A stretch of DNA of 63,824 nucleotides, filler included, from Octopus bimaculoides (GCF_001194135.2; 6 parts of 6 records of this genome joined end to end with filler, not necessarily neighbours in it); one strand, 5' to 3'. Shown: positions 9,897-24,625, counted from the first letter of the whole stretch. Notes: a model not told the origin generated them from the letters alone. Made by a program: numbers and translations.

Positions 9897-12803
9897 TCCC
9901 GCAATGCCTTTTTAATCGTCTCAACCTCTGTGGCCACAAAAGAAGCTGGAACCCCCCTCAAACTCATCCAAACAGGAGAATCGCCACCCAAATAAATCCT
10001 GTGGATAAATAATATCCAGAAAAAAATAGAAAATAAAAGAAAGGATCTGTCAATCCTTAATGATACTAATAGGCAGCCAACACTACTAAGCAACAAAAAG
10101 AGAACAATACTGCGTAAATACAAAATTACAGAACAAGATATACCTGGGGTAAAAGAACAGCTAAAGCAAGATATCCTCGCCAAAGCACAAAGAATCCGCC
10201 GGTATGAGAAACGCCAATGTTTCTTTGAAGTAAACAAACAGTTCAACTCCAATCCCAAACGATTCTACCAAGAACTTGGCAAAAATATAATAGAGTGCAA
10301 TGCAGCAGCAACAGCAGAAGAAGTGGAAGTATTTTGGAAAGAAAGATGGTCGGCGAAGGAACAACCTCAGAAAAAGTTTATCAAAACAACAGACACAGCA
10401 CCTGAACAACTCTGGACTCCTATAACAACTGAAGAGGTCACCCAGGTACTGCAAAAATTAAGTACCTGAAAGACACGCAGGCACGACAAGATCCCCAACT
10501 TCTGGTTAAAATATCTAAACACGAATACATAAAACGCTGGCTGAGAAATTCAATGAAATACTAGCAGAGCTAGAGACAATACCTCACGGAAGGGAAAATT
10601 ATCTTAATTCCCAAATCCACTGAAACGGCAAACCCACAAAATTACAGACCGATAACTTGTCTCTCTACAATTTACAAAGCCTTTACTGCAATAATATTGC
10701 AGAGAATGGGCAAACATCTGGAAGAAAACAACCGGTTTCCAGAAGAGCAGAAGGGACGCTGCAAGGGCTCATACGGCCGTAAAGATCAACTACTGATCAA
10801 TAAAACCATAACTGAAGACAGCTTCAGAAAGAAGAAGAGTCTAAGTATGGCTTGAATTAATTATCGAAAAGCTTTTGATAATATTCACCACACGTGGATC
10901 CTAGAAATACTAGCCATGAACAAGGTAGCGCCAATAATCATAAAATATATGAAACATTCCATGAATAAATGGCCGACAGTGCTACAGCTCCGAACAAAAG
11001 AAGGACTCATAAAAACCAAAGCCATCTCCATTAGAAGAGGAATATTCCAGGGAGACACGCTCTTTCCACTCCTTTTCTGCTTGGCACTGACACCTTTATT
11101 TAGCATGTTAAATAAAACTGGATGTGGATACAGCTGTTACGGCAAAACAATCAACCATCTCTCGTATATGGATGATCTAAAACTGTATGCTACAAATGAT
11201 AAACAGCTGTAAACATTACTACAAACAGTACATGGATTTACCAAAGAAATTAACATGAAATGTGATTCAGAAAAATGTGCCAAAGCAACCTTGTAAAGAG
11301 GAAAAGTAGTTAAGAGTAACAACATCGCACTACATAAAGCAAATGAAATAAGAGAATTAGACCAAAAGCTGACATGCAAATACTTAGGAATCAATGAATT
11401 AGATACGATACGACACACACAACTGAAAGAGAAGATAAGAAAGGAACACAATAGACGATTAATACTGAAAACAGAGCTCAATGTGAGAAACAAGATAATA
11501 GGTATCAACACTCTAGCCGTCCCAGTTATAAGTTACGGCTACAATATTCTTAACTGGATTCTAAATGAACTAAACAAAATAGACAGGAAAACAAGAAAAA
11601 CAATGACAGGATTTACAATGCAGCACCCAAAATCTGACATAGAAAGGCTATATATACAACGTATCGAAGGTGGTAGAGGCCTTATACAGTTAAAAAACTA
11701 TTACAAAATAACTACCATATAACTACAGAAATATCTACTTCAGAAGCAAAGAAAACTAAAACAAATAGCCTCAAAACACGAACAAAACAAAAAAAACTGT
11801 TTTCTGTCTTTAGGGAAGCTGACAAATGCAAAAAAAAAAAAAAAAAGAAGTCATAGTACCTAACAACTATGAAGAAAAAGAAGAAATTTCAAAAGCTGTA
11901 AAACAACTGAAATTTGAACTAAAACTGGAACAGCAACGGATCATGATAAAACGATGGCAAGAAAAGTCCCTTCGTGGCAAATATTAGGTTAAGCTAAACA
12001 GAAAAGAAATATTAGGTTAAGATAAATAGAAAAGATAAAGCAAAATCCCAACAATGGCTGAGAAACTCAGGACTCGAAGCAGAGACTGGAGGATTTTTAA
12101 TTGCAGTACAAGATTAAAGACTTCCCACCAGAAATCACCAAAAACACGTAAAAAAAAAAAAAAATACAAGTAACTCCAGAATAGGTGGTGGTGAAGAAGA
12201 AACAATAAATCATATTCCTGGCAAAGAAGGAATATATTCACGGACATGACAGAGTTGAGACCTATATACACTAGAAGCTATGCTAAACACTATGGAATAA
12301 CAACAGAAAAAAGATGGTATAAACACACGCCAGAAAAGGTCACAGAAAATGAGAAAGCAACCATACTCTGGGATATACCAGTACACACATATAGAGAAAT
12401 TAAGGCCAATACGCTGGATATAGTTGTCAGAGATAACCAAAAAGAAAAGTTTTCTAATCGATGTATCAATACCAACAGATAACAATGTTTCTTTTAAAGA
12501 AACGAAGAAACTTTCAAAATACAAATCTGGAAATAGAGGTAACTCGAATGTGGAATCTAAAAACAGAAACAATTCCTATCATAGTAGGTACCTTAGGTAT
12601 AATAAAAAAATATTCAGACAAATAGACAACAAAAACACCAGGACTTACAAATATATATAACATACAGAAAATAGCACACATCCTACGTAAAACACTTTCA
12701 ATGCAGTAAAAATAAGAGCACCTCTACAAACCACAGTACATACCCATGGCACACAGAGCTGCACTCGGTAGAGCAGTGAAAGCACGTAATAAAAATAAGA
12801 CTA

Positions 12804-12807
<4 letters not shown>
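9897..12807 (+). mobile_element. R4/Dong-like LINE, 5'-truncated and decayed (RT, thumb, REL endonuclease, 3' UTR)
   Basis: YRPITCLSTIYK, PEEQKG, KAFD, RRGIFQGDTLFPLLFCLAL, HLSYMDDLKLY, IDRKTRK, GGRGL, ILWDIPVHT; many stops and frameshifts; (AAT)n tail. Confidence 0.92.
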
Positions 12808-12879
<72 letters not shown>

Positions 12880-12918
12880 GATGATCATGATAAATAATAA
12901 TCATCATCACCATCAGCA

Positions 12919-12986
<68 letters not shown>
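12808..12986. repeat. (AAT)n, (ATG/ATC) and (ATT)n microsatellite block
   Basis: Direct reading. Confidence 0.95.
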
Positions 12987-12993
12987 TTAGACG

Positions 12994-13147
12994 ATAAGAA
13001 GTGTGCGACTGTTATCGAATAAACATTTCGACACTTCGTGTGTCTTCCACAAGTTCAAAATAGTCATCTCAATCTACTTTTGAACTTGTCAAAGACACAC
13101 GAAGTGTCGAAATATTGTTCATTCGATAACAGTCGCACTCTTCTTAT
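12994..13147. repeat. Fold-back palindrome of two head-to-head PLE-terminus-like copies
   Basis: Arms 12994-13063 and 13074-13147 are reverse complements with a few mismatches and indels; 10-nt loop; same family as 36017-36089. Confidence 0.9.
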
Positions 13148-13185
13148 TGTTTCTTTACTTTCGGGAGGAGTAACATCAATCCTTA

Positions 13186-13239
<54 letters not shown>

Positions 13240-13544
13240 TTATTCTTTTATTGTCCCCTGCTCTGCTGGGGACAACTAGGATTTTGAGATTAGTACTTGG
13301 ATGTTGAATGTCCCCCACGATAATTAACAACCAAGTATCAAAGTTTATAATGTGCGGAAAGAGACCCTGTGAGACCCCTGACTGCCGGCTGCTATCCATT
13401 CTCACAGAATCAACCAGAACAAATAAAACCGAGCGTTCTGAGAAGTGAAACAATAACAATAACAACGAGTAAGCATACACAGTATATAGGGAAAAGAAGG
13501 GAAATATACATAGTATACAAAAGAAAAAACAAAAGAAAAAATAT

Positions 13545-13772
13545 CCTTCCCGAGTCATCGGCTCCTGCGGCTGGTTTTCCAGATTCTGTGGCGGATTTAT
13601 TGACCCCGGACAGGACGCTTGTTTAGTCGCTGGATTACTCCTTCTTGCCTGCTGAATGGACTGGAGCAGCGTGAAATGAAGGATTTTCCTCGAGAATACA
13701 ACGCGTCGCCCGGTCCAGGAATTGAAACCACAAGCTTACGGTCATGAGCGCATCACACATAGCCACGTATCC
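13545..13772 (-). mobile_element. SINE family C (tRNA head plus CORE-like body)
   Basis: GGTTTCAATTCCTGG B-box followed by TTGTATTCTCGAGGAAAATCCTTCATTTCACGCTGCTCCAGTCCA; similar to 38865-39085 and 48391-48672. Confidence 0.6.
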
Positions 13773-14018
13773 TTTCGTTACCACATATATACGGGGTTGT
13801 TTGCGTGTGGTTGTGTGAGAGTCAGTTGGGTGGGGATAATCCACATTTAATTTTGTGTAATGTACTAATTATTCTAATGAGACGTAGGTCTACTTTGTAG
13901 AAACTCATTATTTATAATTGCAGGCAACACTAGACTAAAAAGTCACTTGCTTAATTTTGTTTGTTGGTTTGTGTGTACATACGTGTGTTAACGTGTATCT
14001 GTGTGTATATGTATATCC

Positions 14019-14050
<32 letters not shown>

Positions 14051-14056
14051 GTGTGT

Positions 14057-14091
<35 letters not shown>

Positions 14092-14123
14092 TATATATAT
14101 ATATATATATACACATACATATG

Positions 14124-14182
<59 letters not shown>

Positions 14183-14839
14183 CCACCCTGTTTTCTTGAG
14201 TGCTAGGCCAACATTTGTAACAAATGCTTAATCAATCACCCTAATTACTCACAAACAAGCTAGCTAATTTCTTTGACAATAAATCAACAACTTTATGCAA
14301 GAAGTGCACAAAACCAACCCCTTCTCACTTTCACTGGGAACAAGACAAACAGGTTAACATAGGAAACAAAGTAAGTCCAATTTATTGTTTTCGTTTTTAA
14401 TATTGATATTGTCAACTTAGATCTCTAATACTTTTGATCAGAGGCGTTCTTCCCATGACCAACCCTTGTAGGCTTCCTCAGTGTAGCTGGAATCATATTA
14501 TCTAGTGTCTTTCGTCACTATTGCCGATATTATGATTGCAGTTGTAATTGTTGTTGGTGTTGCTGTTATTAATATTTCGTTGTTTAACCCTCGGTCAGCT
14601 CTGACCCAGTACACCTATCTATACATACGTTCCAATCGTAACTATCTCGTCGATAAATTTTGCTATACTGTATCTTTGGTCATAGTAGCCAACGCTTGCA
14701 TTTGTTGTTGCGGTTCAATCCCGTGTCTACTGTATTATATATATATATATACAGTAAATCAAAGGTTTTCCAGCCGTGATTCTGTATTTGTATATCAAAG
14801 GTACATTATCTAATGTATTATTTCTTTTTATTTGACCCT

Positions 14840-15130
14840 TGGTCAGCCAGGCTCTGGTGCAACAGATCCATAGTCTCATGGTCTACTGCAATGACATCTG
14901 TTCCTCAGAGTTGGCTGGTCTCATACCTCACTCCACTCATCCCCCACTCAGGCATCCTCGATTCACTTGCCTTTACTTTTGGTATATCTAATTCCTTCGG
15001 TCCTCATACACGCAATTATTCCTAGTCCTTTCTCCCCAGCATGTCGATCTCTGGAATCTTCTCCTTCTTCATGTTTCCTCTGCAGGTGTTGGCCTGCAAC
15101 AGCGTAACTGTTACATTAAAGGCATTAACT
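14840..15130 (+). mobile_element. Decayed LINE ORF2 C-terminus (CR1/Jockey group-like)
   Basis: YCNDICSSELAGLIP and LWNLL..HV..AGVGLQ motifs in shifting frames. Confidence 0.4.
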
Positions 15131-15414
15131 TCAACGACCTAACAAGCCTTGCAAGAGTCAGGGACACTTCCTTTCTTCCAGACTCAAGAAGCAAGAATGA
15201 TCAAAGTTTTTCCCATTGTGGTAATCTGAGCTTTTATATCAGAAGGTGTACATTATTTTAGACTTATTTAATTTATTCTCCGAAGCTGATATTGTTATTC
15301 AACTTGAAGTTGACCTGGTCCAGCAGAAGAAAATGACCCTGGACTAGCTGGGAGAAATACAGTAACGCAAAGTATTTTTCCATAACGCTCTAGCAATTCT
15401 ACTACACACTGCAT

Positions 15415-15478
<64 letters not shown>

Positions 15479-15735
15479 GCAGACAGTGCTACAGCTCCAA
15501 ACAAAAGAGGGACTTGTGAAAACGAAAGCCATCCCCATTAGAAGAGGAATATTCCAGGGAGACACGCTCTCTCCACTCCTGTTCTGCCTGGCACTCACAC
15601 CTTTAACAGAATTGCTAAATAGAACTGGATGCGGTTACAAATGCTATGGAAAAACAGTCAGCCACCTTCTATATATGGATGACCTAAAATTATATGCAAA
15701 AAACGACAAAGAGCTAGAAACACTACTACAGACAG
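15479..15735 (+). mobile_element. R4/Dong-like LINE RT fragment
   Basis: Open frame TVLQLQTKEG...RRGIFQGDTLSPLLFCLAL...HLLYMDDLKLY; 5' junction lies in (TAA)n 15416-15478. Confidence 0.92.
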
Positions 15736-15835
15736 NNNNNNNNNNNNNNNNNNNNNNNNNNNNNNNNNNNNNNNNNNNNTTAATTAATTAANNNNNNNNN
15801 NNNNNNNNNNNNNNNNNNNNNNNNNNNNNNNNNNN
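15736..15835. other. Artificial scaffold join (44N-TTAATTAATTAA-44N)
   Basis: Exactly 100 bp; identical at five positions. Confidence 0.95.
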
Positions 15836-16005
15836 GAATTGATTTCCAGTCCGCTTTGTGGAAGTTCAGATTGGAGAGATTTTGGGTGCTTCCTTTAGGC
15901 TGTATGTCTCTGGTTTCTTTTGGCCCAAACATAGACAGCTCTATTATGTTGTGATCCGAAACTAATGCATTTAAGCTTGTATATATATATATATACATAT
16001 ACCTA

Positions 16006-16045
<40 letters not shown>

Positions 16046-17577
16046 AACACAGACATAATTATGTATACGGGGCCTTTCATATTTTGGTGAAAACGTTTTC
16101 TGTGAATGATCCCATTGTTTGAAATTGTATATAACAATAGATTTAGATGCATAATTCAGCGGGGTTCTTGGTTTTACCTATGAAATTAATAAATATACAA
16201 TGAGATGAAATCATTTCTGTAGTATATATTATATAATATTTTTTAGAAATTTAATTAACCACCATCTTAGATATTAATTTTTTTCAGTAAAACGCCGTTA
16301 TATTGTTCCAGTATATTTAAATAAATTCCAAAGTATTTCATTTCTTCCGTCATTTGTTTATGTATCCTATTTCTACTTTCATTTTACAGCTTTCTTTATT
16401 TTTAGTTTGACCATCCATTGCTTATAACAATATAACCGTGCTATCTGATAATAATATATTTAAATGTCTTTTAAAATGCAACACAATAAACTGGTAGCTG
16501 CGATTGTCTTGCTGCGTTAATTGTGACGTTTTTATTGTAAATTTGCTTGTATGACGTTGTGTGAACATGCCAGTGAGTACGACACTTGTCTGCGTCTTGG
16601 TACTACGTGTCTTTGCTTCTGTGCGTGTTTGTGTGCGTTTGACAGTATATAGAACTGAGAATGTGTATCGGTGAACGAAGTTTCAAATTATTTGCTTTAA
16701 CGCTTCTCTATCTTTATGGAAAATATCAATTTCAAAATAAAATAAAATTAAATTGATACAGTGAGAAAATTATATTAAAAATTAATACAAGAAACCAATA
16801 ACGCTTTTGCATAATCCCGAGTACTGACACGTATATATGGGCACATATTTATATGTGTATACAAATAAATACACTCACACACGTGAAAAAATAAGCAACA
16901 ATTCCACAGTCACATACAGTTTCAAACATATTCACACACATGAATATGTGCTTGTATGTATATTGATATATAGGTGAGTGCGTGCGCGCTCGTGTGTTTG
17001 TGTATGCCTGAAAGTATGTATATGCATGAATATATCTATATTGATGTGTATGAAAGTAATGAGCACATCATTAAAAAATTGTTACGAAATTAGTTTCATT
17101 CTCTTATTACAATGAATCTAGTAGTCACTGGGAAATTTAATGAATGCATAACTGACATGGTTGGGGTTATTAGCCTATTGTTGGAGAATAGTGAATTAGG
17201 TTTGGTTAAATAATATAATGGTATTCCCTCAGAGAGAAACAACCGAAATGCATACACAGTTTGAGTGATAACTCAACAATGAAGCCAATAACACACTGAA
17301 TTAGGAAGTCTATGAAAAGATTAGAATTTCCAACAAAAAGAAAAATGCCAAGTCTCAAAGATGAATGACATTCAGAGATCACCACTTGCCAGATGAATTC
17401 TTCGCACGTCTCTTTTGTCTTAAATACTAAAGCATTTATTTCACAAAATGTCCTGCAAAGAAGATAGCAATTGCTACAGAAATATAGCCAAGATTCGTTT
17501 TGTATTATGTTATTTAGCATAACTCTCAGAATTTTGAAAAAAAGAAACGTCATATGCGCAACTCGCTCATGTACATA

Positions 17578-17735
17578 GACGTGGCTGTGTGGTAAGAAAC
17601 TTGCTTCTCAACCACATGGTTCCGAGTTTAGTCCTACTACGTGGCAACTTGTGGAAGTGTTTTCTTCTTTAGCCACTCACAAAGTCTTGTGAGTGGATTT
17701 GGTGTACGGAAACTGAAAGAAGACCATCGTATATA

Positions 17736-17782
<47 letters not shown>

Positions 17783-17800
17783 CTTTGTGTCTGTTCTCCC
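17578..17800 (+). mobile_element. SINE family B, 5' half with internal (GT)n
   Basis: GTGGCTGTGTGGTAAG A-box-like head; GTGAGTGGATTTGG..CGGAAACTGAAAGAAG body. Confidence 0.85.
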
Positions 17801-18179
17801 NNNNNNNNNNNNNNNNNNNNNNNNNNNNNNNNNNNNNNNNNNNNNNNNNNNNNNNNNNNNNNNNNNNNNNNNNNNNNNNNNNNNNNNNNNNNNNNNNNNN
17901 NNNNNNNNNNNNNNNNNNNNNNNNNNNNNNNNNNNNNNNNNNNNNNNNNNNNNNNNNNNNNNNNNNNNNNNNNNNNNNNNNNNNNNNNNNNNNNNNNNNN
18001 NNNNNNNNNNNNNNNNNNNNNNNNNNNNNNNNNNNNNNNNNNNNNNNNNNNNNNNNNNNNNNNNNNNNNNNNNNNNNNNNNNNNNNNNNNNNNNNNNNNN
18101 NNNNNNNNNNNNNNNNNNNNNNNNNNNNNNNNNNNNNNNNNNNNNNNNNNNNNNNNNNNNNNNNNNNNNNNNNNNNNNC

Positions 18180-19061
18180 AGTAGACTCGGTCGACCAACG
18201 GTCTCTTCCCACACGAGACAGCAGCCGTTCGGCATAATCCCACAGGTTAGAAATAGTTGGACACTGCACGAGTACGCGCAGACTGGTTTCGTCCCTCTGA
18301 CTGCATCTCGGGCAGGTCGGTCCGGTGTGTCTCTAACCATGCCTATAGAGCTTATCCCGAACAGGTCATGCTTCTCGATAGCACTTCCAGGCCAGGGATC
18401 TTTGGTGATTGTCCATAGGTCCCAGCTCTAAAGTTGCCCTGAACAGGTGGGTCACGTGTTCCTCGTCGACGCCAAGATTCTGCCCGAGAGCGTCGTCACA
18501 CCTCCCCTCCACTAATCCTCTATAGAACGGATTCGTTGTAATAATGTCACACAAGTTTGGTCCCGGACGGCAGAGTTGCTTCAGAGCAACATGATACTCG
18601 CGGTGTCATTCGCCTAGCCTCGGTCTCTGCTTGATCCACGACTGCAGTTCGGCCAAGGAGGCAAGATGCGGGAAAGCATACCTCGCAAACGGTGACCGAA
18701 CCTGTTCCCCGTCGTGTATGAAGCGCTGGAGACTGGAGACATCGCAGTCTCAGCGCATGTCTGCGCATCATCAACCACGGTATGCCTAATCCTCCATTTA
18801 GCGGGTGTTGATAGCAAATGGATCGCCTAACCATCGGAATTCTTCCCTTCCACAAGAAGCGGAAGAGTATGCGTTCCAGCTTGGTGAGGGTAGAATCGGG
18901 ACAAGGCACGACGGTCAGACGGTACTCGATGACGGATGCGATGTACGCCTTCACCACCTCCGTTCGACCTTTTAGGTATAGCTTCCTCTCGGCCCATTTC
19001 TGGGTGAGAGTGGCCACCCTAGTCGTTATTTCGCCCTAGTTCCTCTCTGTTTGGAGGTCCG

Positions 19062-19062
<1 letters not shown>
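18180..19062 (-). mobile_element. Tx1/L1-clade LINE ORF2 C-terminal fragment (thumb plus cysteine-rich zinc-finger region)
   Basis: LERILFRFLWKG..VRRSICYQHPLNGGLG, LAWKCYREALPVRDKL, CPRC...QCP. Confidence 0.9.

Positions 19063-19140
<78 letters not shown>
19063..19140. repeat. (GATA)n microsatellite
   Basis: Direct reading. Confidence 0.95.
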
Positions 19141-22100
19141 CATTTCAACATATCAAGCTTACGCATTCCCCAGAAACACGCTTGCGATACGGGGATCATG
19201 TGTGTAATTGTATCTTAAGTTCATAAATTCTATATTAAATATTACTCTGTTTTTTACGTTCGCGCACGACGCTTTTCAGCATCTGAATTCATTTTCAATT
19301 GCTGCACACGCCGTGAATATATCCACAAATACTGATGCAAATTCCCGTTAAGTATGTTAGTAACACATTTAATTACTATGTAGATTGAAATGCATATTAT
19401 TAATTTCTTCCTGATAAGTTATATTTCTAACTTAACGCTGAAAATAGTGTGTTTCTAATAAAACTGTTGTTAAACTTAGAAAACACATTTTGATGGCGTC
19501 CTAAGAATGTGGAAAGATGATTTTGTAATATCATTTTTCTCTAGCTTTTGAATGATTGCATTCGATAGTAATGTAACACCATCTAAACATTAGAGTAATA
19601 TAAAAAAACTTACATGCACATTAAACTTCCAACATGTTCGAAAATCAATATCCACGTTTCGAATCCGAAAAAACAAAAACAATGTCAAATTGTTCTTTAT
19701 TCCTAAATAAATTTGTTATAAACTGTTCTTATAATTATATCTCAAAAAAATCCAAAGTTACAAACATTCATCTCTAGATATATGATTTCCTTCGCTTTGT
19801 GCGGTAAATTTTAATTACGAAAAATCTAACGTGAAAAGCATGCAATACAATCACCGTGGAAGTACATATGCCTTCTTATTCTTACTACACCCTACTTCGG
19901 AATATATCTAAACCTTTATGTCCGAAACTATGTTATTACAATAAACACAAGCGTCCTGCATTTGTTTGTCATATACCTCATACACAGAAAATAGTATGAA
20001 GATATGACCTAATTCCCATTTCAAGTGGAGATTTGCTTAACATTGAGTACTGTATTTAATAGTAAAAAAATACTCTACATGCAACCGCGCAATTGATATT
20101 AGAGTTACGCATGATCAGGTAGTGATGCCGGTGAAATATATCAATGATGTTACAAGAAATGCATTTGCGTTCATATACATGTGTACTATTTGCGTTCAGC
20201 CGCAAATAGTACACATGTATATGCATTAATATTTCGTAAGATTCTGTGCAATAACTTCTCTTTATTTCATGCCGCCCAAAATATCTTAAAAGAGCTATTT
20301 CGTTTGGTTGAGAGACATATACGGATATACATAAATATGTCTGATGTAAGTGGATGCGATGTACGATTACAAGAACATTAATATACGCTGGTTAACAAAT
20401 ATATTATCCTTCCTTTATAGCAGTTGAAATAGTGCATGTTACGAGAATTGATCATTGTATACTCTAACACTGAAAACGAAAACAACAAAAAAGTCCCCGA
20501 CGGGAAATGGTATCATCTGTCTCTACACTACAAACCTAGATACAATGTGTCCTAAATATTACGAATCACGCTGGCACGCAGGAAACAAGCATGAATAAGA
20601 TTCTACAATCAGATAAAGTAATGGAAACCACCAACAAATAAAAGTAACTTAGATATCATAGAGAATAATGGCAAATTATTTGAACAGACAATTTTAGCGA
20701 GCCATTACGCTCTATCTGACATATTAAGCCTCTGTATCGCTTCTTGAACTTGAACCTCTGGCATTTGCATATAGTTAAAGTGATACACGCCACAACTGAA
20801 TTTTCGTTGTAAAATAAAAGGCAACTTATTTAGTGCCCTAAGTATTCCAACTTACCAGCAACCAGGATGGTCGCTCAAGAAGTTTCACAATGCTGGATCA
20901 CAGGTTTGCTAGTTAGATAACTGTTTTAGCCTCACCTTCCTGTCAAAAGGATTGAGTTCTTATATCCTCTTTATCAGCTCTTTCCACCTACGAATACCGT
21001 CCCATTTATCGACAGTTAGTACACATTTTCGATCCTAGTTCTGTCCAAATCATACACATAAATGCAACAAAGTACCAATAACAAAACCACATATAGAAAG
21101 CGTACACAGAAACATATATTTTAAGCTATATACATATTGAAACGCATTAACACACATAAATCATGCATACATACAAGCGTCACTGCCTACGCACACTCAC
21201 ACAATTCATACACACACTTATATTTAATCTAACGTGTATTCAGAAAGAGTACACGCACATAAGCAATTTACAAATAACTATTTACACACAATTCAGAAAC
21301 ATGCATTAGCAGCTACTCCTTTGCCCACTTCTCTATAAACAACAGACAGATTTACACACCACCCAATATCAAATTTCACCTTCATCACCCGCTATCATAC
21401 AAAAGCTCTCAGTCTTAATCGCACTTCGATCATACTGCCCCCACAGTATGTTCTTCATTCATTCACTTCGCTTCCCTTTTCTCTTTGACGATACCGCTCA
21501 TTAAATTCAAAACGAGCGATTTTACTAAAATATTCCTGATTTTAATATTCGGTTCTGCTCGATGTAAAAGAATAACATTTTAACAAAAATAATGTATTTA
21601 TTTATTTGTATGAATACATTTGCATACTTTGATATACAGGTTACATATGAATCCACAGGAAGGTAGAGACGTCGTATGCACATTAGAGAGACTTAATCTA
21701 AACAGAACACGCGCGTATAAAGAAAAACATCGCCTACACAGACTGTCATATACATACACCCAAAATCAAAGGTACAAGTCACGCGCACGAACACACATGT
21801 ACACGCGTATTCTTATTCATATTTGTCCACACAAACACGCACATACACAGACACGCACACACAGACACACACATACACACACACACAAACATACATACTC
21901 ACATACACTCACAAATCAGGCACACATTGCATTTTGACTTTTTTCCTTAAATGTCACAAAGAAGCGCTCCATTTGCACATTCAGCACTTCAAATAATCCC
22001 TTGAAAAGCGACACTGCAAGCACGTTCACTATTATAAGCAAAAAGAATATCCTTTCAGCAGGCAACAATGCTGCCTAAAATCATTTTACTTTTGATTCTT

Positions 22101-22331
22101 ACTTACTCTATGTTATCCCCTTTCCCTTTCGCACGTATAGTACTAATGCCAGGAATATTAGTAATACCATACCCTCTCACTAAACCTTTAAATCTTTCAT
22201 CACGTTGTCTTCTTTCTGCGTTGTGTACATTAACAGTTTTGAATATTTTACCGAACATTATATATATGGGCAAACACACACACACGCTCACTCGCACACA
22301 AAAAACACACATGCTAACCCACATACATGTA

Positions 22332-22418
<87 letters not shown>

Positions 22419-22725
22419 GTCTCTATGTATGTATAAGTGTGTGTGTATGTATGTATCCATATTTGTGCGTGTACACGAGTATGCATATGTATATATGTCA
22501 TTTTTTGACCTTTGATTGTGTTTATGTGTGTGCGTGCGCGCGCATGTGTAAATATATATAAGAATAGGCAGATAAATGTATACATGTAAATTTTGACATG
22601 CGCGTATGTATATATGTGTGTAGATACACACACACACAACTGTGAATGAAAGTGTATGATATTTAGCAGAACATGTGCAAATATCGTTCACATACTTATA
22701 CATACATGCATACATAAATGCATAC

Positions 22726-22756
<31 letters not shown>

Positions 22757-24127
22757 TATGTGTGAGTATGTGTGTGTAAGAGTGTGTGCGTGTGTGTGCG
22801 TGAGTGTGTTCGAGTGAGTATGATCATGTGTGTCCTTTGCTATGAAACTATGCCCACAAACTTTGCACAAATTATTTGTCACTTTTGCATATTTTCGAAG
22901 GATACTTTTACCTAATTCTCATTGACATACTATATATCCTTTCGTTTTATAATTACTTCATGCTTCTTATCGAAAAGCCTTTTTCCTCTGGGTTTTCGTG
23001 GTGATTAGTCTTCTAAAATGTTCCTTTAATCTTTGCTTATTTGTCGTAGACTATTTTACTCTCATGAGAAATTTTACTACTGTTAATATGAAGCTTGCTA
23101 CCGTTTCATTCGCTATTGTGGGGTATGTCAATCACATTATCAATGCACTGATATTTGTGATTTTGTTTATTTTTATCAGTTGTTGATTTGTTTTGGCAAA
23201 TGGTGATACGTAAAATCTATAGTAGATTGTATAGTCTACAATTCTGTTATGTTTTTGTGTTAGTTGCTTGCATACATTAATAATATATTTTCAATCTATA
23301 TTTTACAATTTTTTTTTTTTTATTCCTGTTTGTGTCACCAATGTCGGATAAAATTAACAGTGTAGAAATTGTTTATATTAATTCTCATTAGATATATTTC
23401 TCCTACATACATTTTTTTGTCTTTGTATCGATTATTTGCACTGAGATATACTTTTCAAATATTCGATTGAGTTCCATCACGTATTATGATGGCTCCCAGA
23501 AACGTTTGATGCATTTCACTGAACGTGTGTCCTTTATACTTTTGAAAACATCACGAATCTCTTTGTACTTTACTTCTTAGAGAATAAATATATATTTACC
23601 TACATCTCAATTTCCATTAGCTTATGTGAATTGATCTCTTCAGTTATGGTCATTGCTTCATCAATACTGTTTATTGAATAAACAGGGATTTTTTTTTTTT
23701 TTCGCATTCCTTATTTTAGTGGAATCTTGATATTGTTTTGAAATATGTCCAATAGAGATAATGGGCATTTTTATGTATATTTTAAGACGATGTAACACTA
23801 ATATATGTAGAAATATTCTAGCATCTATATGTGCATACAACACAGCCACATTAAATGATTTATACCGAGTGTATTTAATGGATCTATTCACCATTTGTTT
23901 AATCTTAAACCAAAGTCAGACTTTCCAGGTTCTTCAATTCTTATTCCAGGATTTCCTTTACAGGAAATTCATTAAAAGAAGCGAATATGAATTTTCATTG
24001 ATTTTATAAAATTTGATCCTTTATGACTGGAAGTATATTATTTAATTCGGTTCAGAGGATAAAAAAATCATTGGAAGTATGCACGTAATTATCTCTTTTT
24101 TCTTTACACACACACACGCGCGCGCTC

Positions 24128-24405
24128 ATGTCTGACACTCCAACTGGTAAGAACAAGAGCGCCCCAGTTGAGTTAATGTGCTAAGGATGAACACTCCGCA
24201 GACAAGGGTAGTTTTCTGAGATATTCAGCAAGACCAGAATGTGACAAGGCTGTCCATTTGAATTATGATTAAAGTTCGTGTATGTCAGGTGATTGGAGTA
24301 GAGCAATATGAAATACGGTGTTTTGCACAAGGAGAAAGCACACCACCTGGAATCGAACTCCGAACCCTCGGAAGATAACCGGATAACATAACCATTAAGC
24401 AATGC
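24128..24405 (-). mobile_element. SINE with family C-like body and family D-like tail
   Basis: GGAGTTCGATTCC B-box; GCAAAACACCGTATTTCATATTGCT body; TGTCTGCGGAGTGTTCA tail matches TGTCTGTGGAGTGCTCA near 43945. Confidence 0.55.
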
Positions 24406-24442
24406 CCCTTCAACTCGTACACAGATGAATATGTTTCTCCCC

Positions 24443-24494
<52 letters not shown>

Positions 24495-24625
24495 ATCTTC
24501 AAGAAAACGACATTCATTGAGCTGGAACGAGAGGGTGTCATTAGACTTAGATAACCGTAATACATAGCATGTCAGTATGCCGAGGACTGTCATAAAAAGA
24601 TCAAACTAAAAAACATGGCTAAAAC

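Noticed and set aside
15780-15791. TTAATTAATTAA as a PacI or homeodomain site
   Set aside because: Centred in identical N spacers five times, so synthetic
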